Source of the DNA: Eledone cirrhosa
Lineage: Eukaryota
Direction: 5' to 3'
Length of the DNA: 64,000 nt
Assembly: GCA_964016885.1 (NCBI GenBank)
Contig: CAXHJY010000720.1
Span: 1 to 64,000 of the forward strand
The position numbers and the translations under genes were made by a program. The notes beneath the pieces are model-generated. The model did not search any database and was not told where the DNA came from. It saw nothing but the letters and a program-made list of their open reading frames with translations. The stretch's first letter is position 1. Each line of letters starts with the position of its first letter. Shown here piece after piece: positions 56,085-64,000 of the stretch.

Positions 56085-56395
56085 CACGATGGTAGAAAGG
56101 CCATGAGTTTGATTCCCGGTAGCTCGTTGAGCCCTTGAGCAAGTCACTTTACTCTTCATTGCTCCATTCTACTCAGCTGGAGAAAATTAGTTCGTCTTTT
56201 GATGTAAAATGGCCGTTTTGTTAGACACTGTATGACGTTGAATTTCCCTGGAAAAAAAAAATTAATCTTGAAAGCTGGAAAGACAAAATTGACCTCGACA
56301 GAATTTGAACTGAGATCGCAGTGAGCTGGATCAAGTACCAAGGAGGATCAAATCCCAAGGCATTTAATCCGATGTCATAAGAACTCTGTTAATTT
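56085..56395. mobile_element. Diverged CORE-type SINE (+) followed by an old family A fragment (-)
   Basis: CCCTTGAGCAAGTCACTT; TTGACCTCGACAGAATTTGAACTGAGA. Confidence 0.7.
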
Positions 56396-57775
56396 GCTAC
56401 TTTGTATGTTGAGAATAAGCCCCGTGAGACATGCAGATAATACCCTTGCTGAGATATTTATTCACCTCTAACGCTTTATTGTATAAAATGCCTGGAACGT
56501 CTCATTTGTTAATGAGTTCCACCAAGGACACGCCATCTTAAATAAGATTATTCAAATAGCTGCCAGTATTTTGAAAGTAAGAGATCTATAAATCATCAGC
56601 AGGAGATTAAACCACCTGAGCCAAAACTATATCGAGATAACATTGCATCGAAGTCCTATTAACTCTTTCAGTGTTTCTATTATATTTTAAATTGAAACAA
56701 TTTTCACTGAAACCAAAGTGATCTTTAGAAAACCGATTCATTAACTACGGACATCTCCGCACAATATACGATAGAATTAAAAAGTGACATTATGGGTGTA
56801 TATATTTATATATAATAGATATTTATTCAATGAATAAACAGTTTAGTCATGCTTATAACACATTGAGTGTACTATAAAACAGCGTATTAAACGATAACAT
56901 TTCGTCTTTTCTTATTTCTTCCTTTATGCGGCTTAATATTATTAAGTTTATTATATAAATATTATCCATAAAACGAACATGCTTCATTGCTTCATTATAA
57001 TAAGTGATAATAGTTCAAATATAGGATAAAGCTGTATAAACATTTTTATACAAATTACTTATAATAGCCGGCAGAGGATTAAAATCAATAATTCTGTACT
57101 TTAAATTCCATTTGGCTTCCCAAATGGATAATATTTAATAGCATTCTCGGTTAATGACTCAGGTTTTAAACGAATATAATGGCCTCCTTGAAGATCCTTT
57201 CAAATTAAAACATAATAACCTCTTTTTAGTAATCATAAATGCTGCCTTTATTCAACGTTACAAAGTTATCTAAATAATATTTAGAACCTAACGTTTCAGA
57301 TTAGACACATTAAAATAATGTTCTATAGATGTAATGTGGTTTTCGAATATTAATAATAATATTCGATTCGCTTGCAATTATGCAAACATGCCTAATTTTT
57401 AAAGCCATGTCAGTAGCATGAGCACCTCATTCTTGCTCTTGTGTTGGCATGGAAACAGAACTGCAGACACTAATGTTTCTGGGTATCACCCTTCATAATT
57501 ACAGTTCACTGTTCACTATGCCAACTGTCAGATCTAGTGAAAATATATGATATTCTCTAAAATATACGCTGAGTGATCAGCCTGATTTGCATATTAGCAG
57601 ACTGGCTGATATTATATGTGGGGGAATGTTTGTATGCATGCATGAGCGTGGATGTATACGTGTGTCCATACATGCATATATGAAAAGAGTCGGGACCCCC
57701 GACGACTGAGCTCCGGTCGTTTCGACAGCTAGGTCTGGTGCGTTATGGTCCACCTGGTTCCTTACCACACTTCCT

Positions 57776-57816
<41 letters not shown>

Positions 57817-57921
57817 CGAAGGATATATATATATATATATATATATATAACGAAGGATATATATATATATAACAGTGTTGTAGTTTACTTGAAGCAATGT
57901 TGAATAGGAAACACAATTCAA

Positions 57922-58043
57922 ACAATGCACTAGAAAGAAAATCAAGATTGCTAAGATAAGAAAAGAATCTTACCTTAGCAAATTTGAGAATGTAAGATTC
58001 TTTTGTTATCTTAGCAATCTTCGTTTTCTTTCTAGTGCATTGT
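57922..58043. repeat. Hairpin with about 50-bp arms
   Basis: ACAATGCACTAGAAAGAAAA..AAGATTGCTAAGATAA.AAAAGAATCTTAC and its reverse complement. Confidence 0.9.
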
Positions 58044-58804
58044 ATGGTTTTCAAAATTATTTAAATATATTTTTGTTTGCTTTTCGAATTCAAATCTTTT
58101 CTCTTGTCCTCGGAAAAGCCGGCCACTTGTAGGGTAGGAATTTTGACAGGCAACAGATATCAACAATGGAAGAAGCAATTATTGGTCTTGTGCCTAAATT
58201 AAAGACCAAGTGATACGATTATTCCGAAATTCTACCTTAGAAATATCGCAAATTAGTGTGTCCACACCAAGAATTTACTAAAGACGCCGCCTCACACCCC
58301 TTTTCCTCATTGGAACTCGAATGGCAGGCAACTCCCGGCGAAGGATTTGTTAGAAACATTTAAATGTTCCTACATTATGAATGAATATATATGGTCATTG
58401 AGCATGATTCCTGTAGTAAATATTTCAATTATATGTGATCTGTTGTTTGTTGTTTTAAACCGGGGTTGAACGAGCTTACGTCAAAAAGTTAAATCTGTGG
58501 AACAATTTTAGAAATTTGAACACGTCTCACGAGAAATAAGAAAATAAGGAAAGTTTCGTGAGATAAGATTAGTTTTGAAAGTGTTTCATGTTTTATAACA
58601 AATATAATATATATATTCTTAATTATCTCGAAAAATAGAAGACGTCTACTGTTCCCCAAAATAACAATTTATATTTATTTAATAACTTTCGATTTCTTTT
58701 AGTATTTTCTTCTTTTACTGGTTTCTGCCAAAAGACTGTGGCCATATTGGGGCAACACTTTCAAGGGTTTTTCTTTAATTGATCATGAATATTCTACAAG
58801 ATGA

Positions 58805-59023
58805 TATTGGTTTTTGATTTAGGCACAAGGTCAACAATTTTAGGGAGGGGAAAGTCTATTAAATCGACCCCAGTGCATTACTGGAACTTTATTTTATCGA
58901 CCCCGTACGGATGAAAGGCAAACGCAAAGCTATCCTCGGTGGGATTTCAACTCAGAACGTAAATGGTTTTAACTCTGTCACAAAGCATGGTGTCCACGCC
59001 CTGACGATACTGCCAATCATCCG
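58805..59023 (-). mobile_element. SINE family A, long-tail, diverged
   Basis: Family motifs. Confidence 0.85.
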
Positions 59024-59179
59024 CTCTGATTCTACATATAATTGCATATGGAGTTTGTTATAAACTCTAATATCAATGTTCGTTCTGGAGAATTGTTTTA
59101 CGAGATGTTTTTTTTCTTTTCTATTGTCTTCACACTTCTCAAATGACTGCTGAAACCTTCTTCTTTGCCCTCTTATACC

Positions 59180-60478
59180 TGAGAGGGACGTGGAGGCAGA
59201 GACATAAAGCACTCTTTCTCGTAGGTCCTGTTTTCAAATGATCCGGGTGGATCCCTAATCGATACCAGCTAAAATTATGGATGTTACGCAACCATCTTGC
59301 TCAGTGTCTACCCATGGGTCTCCTGCCGGTTAGTTTTGTCTGTAAAATCTGTCCAATACTTATTTCTTGAGACATTCTAACCACATGCCCATAGTATTGG
59401 AGCTGTGATCTGTCAATTTGGAGAAGTAGCGGGTCTACCTGGAGTGACTCTTTGATCTCCCAGCTATGCACTCTATCGAGTAAGTTTACTCCAAAGACGC
59501 AAGGTCTACCCTGGGTCTTCTGCCGGTTAGTTTTTCCCGTAAAATCTTTCCTGAGACATTCTAACTACGCGCCTATAGTATCGAAGCTGTGATCTCTCAA
59601 TTCAGAGATTCTTTTCTAAGACGTTCTAACCACATGCCCATAGTATCGAAGCTGTGATCTCTCAATTCAGAGATTCTTTTCTAAGACATTCTAACCACAT
59701 GCCCATAGAATTGAAGCTGTGATCTCTCAATTCAGAGATTCTTTTCTAAGACGTTCTAACCACATGCCTATAGTATCGAAGCTGTGATCTCTCAATTCAG
59801 AGATTCTTTTCTAAGACATTCTAACCACATGCCTATAGAATCGAAGTTGTGATCTCTCAATTCAGAGATTCTTTTCTAAGACATTCTAACCATATGCCTA
59901 TAGTATCGGAGCTGTGATCTCTCAATTCAGAGATTCTTTTTTAAGACGTTCTAACCACATGCCCATAGTATCGAAGCTGTGATCTCTCAATTCAGAGATT
60001 CTTTTTTAAGACGTTCTAACCACATGCCCATAGTATCGAAGCTGTGATCTCTCAATTCAGAGATTCTTTTTTAAGACGTTCTAACCACATGCCCATAGTA
60101 TCGAAGCTGTGATCTCTCAATTCAGAGATTCTTTTCTAAGACGTTCTAACCACATGCCCATAGTATCGAAGCTGTGATCTCTCAATTCAGAGATTCTTTT
60201 CTAAGACATTCTAACCACATGCCCATAGAATCGAAGCTGTGATCTCTCAATTCAGAGATTCTTTTCTAAGACATTCTAACCACATGCCCATAGAATCGAA
60301 GCTGTGATCTCTCAATTCAGAGATTCTTTTCTAAGACGTTCTAACCACATGGCTATAGTATCGGAGCTGTGATCTCTCAATTCAGAGATTCTTTTCTAAG
60401 ACGTTCTAACCACATGCCTATAGTATCGGAGCTGTGATCCCTCAATTCGGAGAAGTAGTGGCTCTATCTGGAGTGAAT
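59180..60478 (-). mobile_element. Second RTE 3'-end locus with tandem duplication and a 65-bp satellite (59545-60450, about 14 units)
   Basis: Homologous to 47430-49715 (ATGGATGTTA.GCAACCATCTTG, AAAATCTGTCCA, GCTGTGATCTCTCAATTC). Confidence 0.88.
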
Positions 60479-61097
60479 ATCTGAGCTACGTTATTATTAA
60501 CAATAATATAAACGTTTGTATTAGAGAACTGGTTTACGAGTTGTTCTTTATTCTATTGTCTTCACGTTTCTCGTATGAGACTGCTGACATCAATTCAAGA
60601 ATTGTTTAAATGGTAAATGATATAGCCCCTCACCTGACATTAGTTTTGATTCATTATTGTATATTTGGTGCTACGTCAAAATTGTCTGATTATGCGGCAC
60701 CTTTAAACAAGGGGTCCTCGCTCTATGATCGGTAAATATTGATTCTGACATATATCATAGTTAAATCACATTTATATATTATATTACATAGACAGACAGA
60801 CATATACACACGCACATAAATATATATATATGTATGTAAGTGGGTATATGTGTGTGTATGTGTGTGTATGCGTATGTTTCTATATCTATATGTATGTATA
60901 TAGATGTATGTAGGTGTGTGTGCATGTATCAGTGTATATATGTATGTGCGTATGTATGTGTGTATGGATGGATGGATGGATGTATCAATGCGTCTACGTG
61001 TGTGTATGTATGTGCGTATAGGTGTGTATGTATGTGCGTATAGGTGTGTGTGTGTATGTATGTGCGTATAGGTGTGTGTATGTATGTATGTATGTGC

Positions 61098-62335
61098 GTA
61101 TAGGTGTATATATGTACGAGCGTATGTATACATTTATGAGTGTATAGGTGTATATATGTACGAGCGTATGGATACATTTATGAGTGTATAGGTGTATATA
61201 TGTACGAGCGTATGGATACATTTATGAGTGTATAGGTGTATATATGTACGAGCGTATGTATACATTTATGAGTGTATAGGTGTATATATGTACGAGCGTA
61301 TGGATACATTTATGAGTGTATAGGTGTATATATGTACGAGCGTATGGATACATTTATGAGTGTATAGGTGTATATATGTACGAGCGTATGTATACATTTA
61401 TGAGTGTATAGGTGTATATATGTACGAGCGTATGTATACATTTATGAGTGTATAGGTGTATATATGTACGAGCGTATGTATACATTTATGAGTGTATAGG
61501 TGTATATATGTACGAGCGTATGTATACATTTATGAGTGTATAGGTGTATATATGTACGAGCGTATGTATACATTTATGAGTGTATAGGTGTATATATGTA
61601 CGAGCGTATGTATACATTTATGAGTGTATAGGTGTATATATGTACGAGCGTATGTATACATTTATGAGTGTATAGGTGTATATATGTACGAGCGTATGGA
61701 TACATTTATGAGTGTATAGGTGTATATATGTACGAGCGTATGGATACATTTATGAGTGTATAGGTGTATATATGTACGAGCGTATGTATACATTTATGAG
61801 TGTATAGGTGTATATATGTACGAGCGTATGGATACATTTATGAGTGTATAGGTGTATATATGTACGAGCGTATGTATACATTTATGAGTGTATAGGTGTA
61901 TATATGTACGAGCGTATGTATACATTTATGAGTGTATAGGTGTATATATGTACGAGCGTATGTATACATTTATGAGTGTATAGGTGTATATATGTACGAG
62001 CGTATGGATACATTTATGAGTGTATAGGTGTATATATGTACGAGCGTATGTATACATTTATGAGTGTATAGGTGTATATATGTACGAGCGTATGTATACA
62101 TTTATGAGTGTATAGGTGTATATATGTACGAGCGTATGGATACATTTATGAGTGTATAGGTGTATATATGTACGAGCGTATGTATACATTTATGAGTGTA
62201 TAGGTGTATATATGTACGAGCGTATGTATACATTTATGTGTGTATAGGTGTATATATGTACGAGCGTATGGATACATTTATGAGTGTATAGGTGTATATA
62301 TGTACGAGCGTATGCATACATTTATGAGTGTATAT
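61098..62335. repeat. 44-bp minisatellite, about 28 units
   Basis: TGTATAGGTGTATATATGTACGAGCGTATG(T/G)ATACATTTATGAG. Confidence 0.96.
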
Positions 62336-62517
62336 GTGTATGTATATATGTGCGTCTATGTGTGTATGCGTGTATGTATGAATGTATATGTATGAGACAA
62401 GTTAGTTGTCAAGTGGGTATTTTCAAAACTGTGTGGCGTAAGACCAGATATTTATTGCTGCAATGACTTGTGGCAATCGGTCAAATTGTTGTCCCGAACG
62501 CAAATTAAACGAAATCC

Positions 62518-62519
<2 letters not shown>

Positions 62520-62555
<36 letters not shown>

Positions 62556-62711
62556 TATATACGTCTATATGTATATGTATATATATATATATATGTCTAT
62601 ATATGTGTGTATATATATATACGTCTATATGTGTGTGTATATATATATATATATATACGTCTATATATGTGTGTATATATATATATGTGTGTATATATAT
62701 ATATACGTCTA

Positions 62712-62747
<36 letters not shown>

Positions 62748-63125
62748 CGTCTATATATGTGTGTGTATATATATATATATATACGTCTATATATGTGTGT
62801 GTATATATATATATATATACGTCTATATATGTGTGTATATATATATACGTCTATATATGTGTGTATATATATATATATATATACGTCTATATATGTATAT
62901 ATATATACGTCTATATATGTGTGTATATATATATACGTCTATATATGTGTGTATATATATATATGTCTATGTGTATATATATATATATATATATACGTCT
63001 ATATATATGTGTGTATATATATATATGTGTGTATATATATATATATATACGTCTATATATATGTGTGTATATATATATATGTGTGTATATATATATATAC
63101 GTCTATATATATGTGTGTATATATA

Positions 63126-63157
<32 letters not shown>

Positions 63158-63165
63158 CGTCTATA

Positions 63166-63197
<32 letters not shown>

Positions 63198-63345
63198 CGT
63201 CTATATATATGTGTGTATATATATATATATACGTCTATATATGTGTGTATATATATATATATACGTCTATATATGTGTGTATATATATATATACGTCTAT
63301 ATATGTGTGTATATATATATATATACGTCTATATATATATGTCTA

Positions 63346-63379
<34 letters not shown>

Positions 63380-63760
63380 CGTCTATATATATATACGTCT
63401 ATATATGTGTGTATATATATATATATACGTCTATATATGTGTGTATATATATATATATACGTCTATATATATATGTCTATATATATGTGTATATATATAT
63501 ATATATATATACGTCTATATATAAGTGTATATATATACGTCTATATATATGTGTATATATATACGTCTATATATATGTGTATATATATACGTCTATATAT
63601 ATGTGTATATATATACGTCTATATATGTGTGTGTAATTATATACGTCTATATATGTGTGTATATATATACGTCTATATATGTGTGTGTAATTATATACGT
63701 CTATATATGTGTGTATATATATGTGTGTATATATATATATACGTATATATATATATATGT
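62520..63760. repeat. ACGTCT-punctuated (TA)/(TG) array
   Basis: Direct reading. Confidence 0.96.
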
Positions 63761-63968
63761 AAATGTATATGCATATTTATGTCGTATATATATAAATGTG
63801 TCGGTGTGTATGCATCTATGCATATGTGTGTATACAAGTATGCATATATACGCTCACCTATATACATACATGTATGTATATATATATGTGTGTGTGTGTG
63901 CCAACTTATTTGCCATTCTTATGTGATTGTACCTATTGTTACTTATATATATATATAAATTACCATAG

Positions 63969-64000
<32 letters not shown>

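Overview
AT-rich, repeat-saturated eukaryotic DNA with no host protein-coding gene I can support. The SINE families and the density of (TA)n arrays suggest an octopus-like cephalopod, which is inference only. Nearly all long ORFs in the track are microsatellite or minisatellite artefacts. Contents: more than 30 copies or fragments of a tRNA-derived SINE (family A), several CORE-type SINEs, RTE-clade LINE remnants, a canonical non-autonomous Helitron, TTAA- and TA-type MITEs, TE-derived satellites (27, 65 and 14 bp) and kilobase compound (TA/TG)n arrays. The strongest unexplained signal is a swarm of short islands embedded in (TA)n. They carry minimal type I hammerhead ribozyme folds from several unrelated families, with self-complementary stem III and usually an AATAAA right behind. 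They often sit in fold-back or tail-out arrangements, and one lies beside a Penelope-like GIY-YIG remnant. Short terminal motifs of these islands are reiterated between (TA)n runs. A separate 554-bp TG..CA element with a conserved terminal hairpin also abuts (TA/TG)n arrays at three loci. All alignments and folds were done by eye, so boundaries are approximate.
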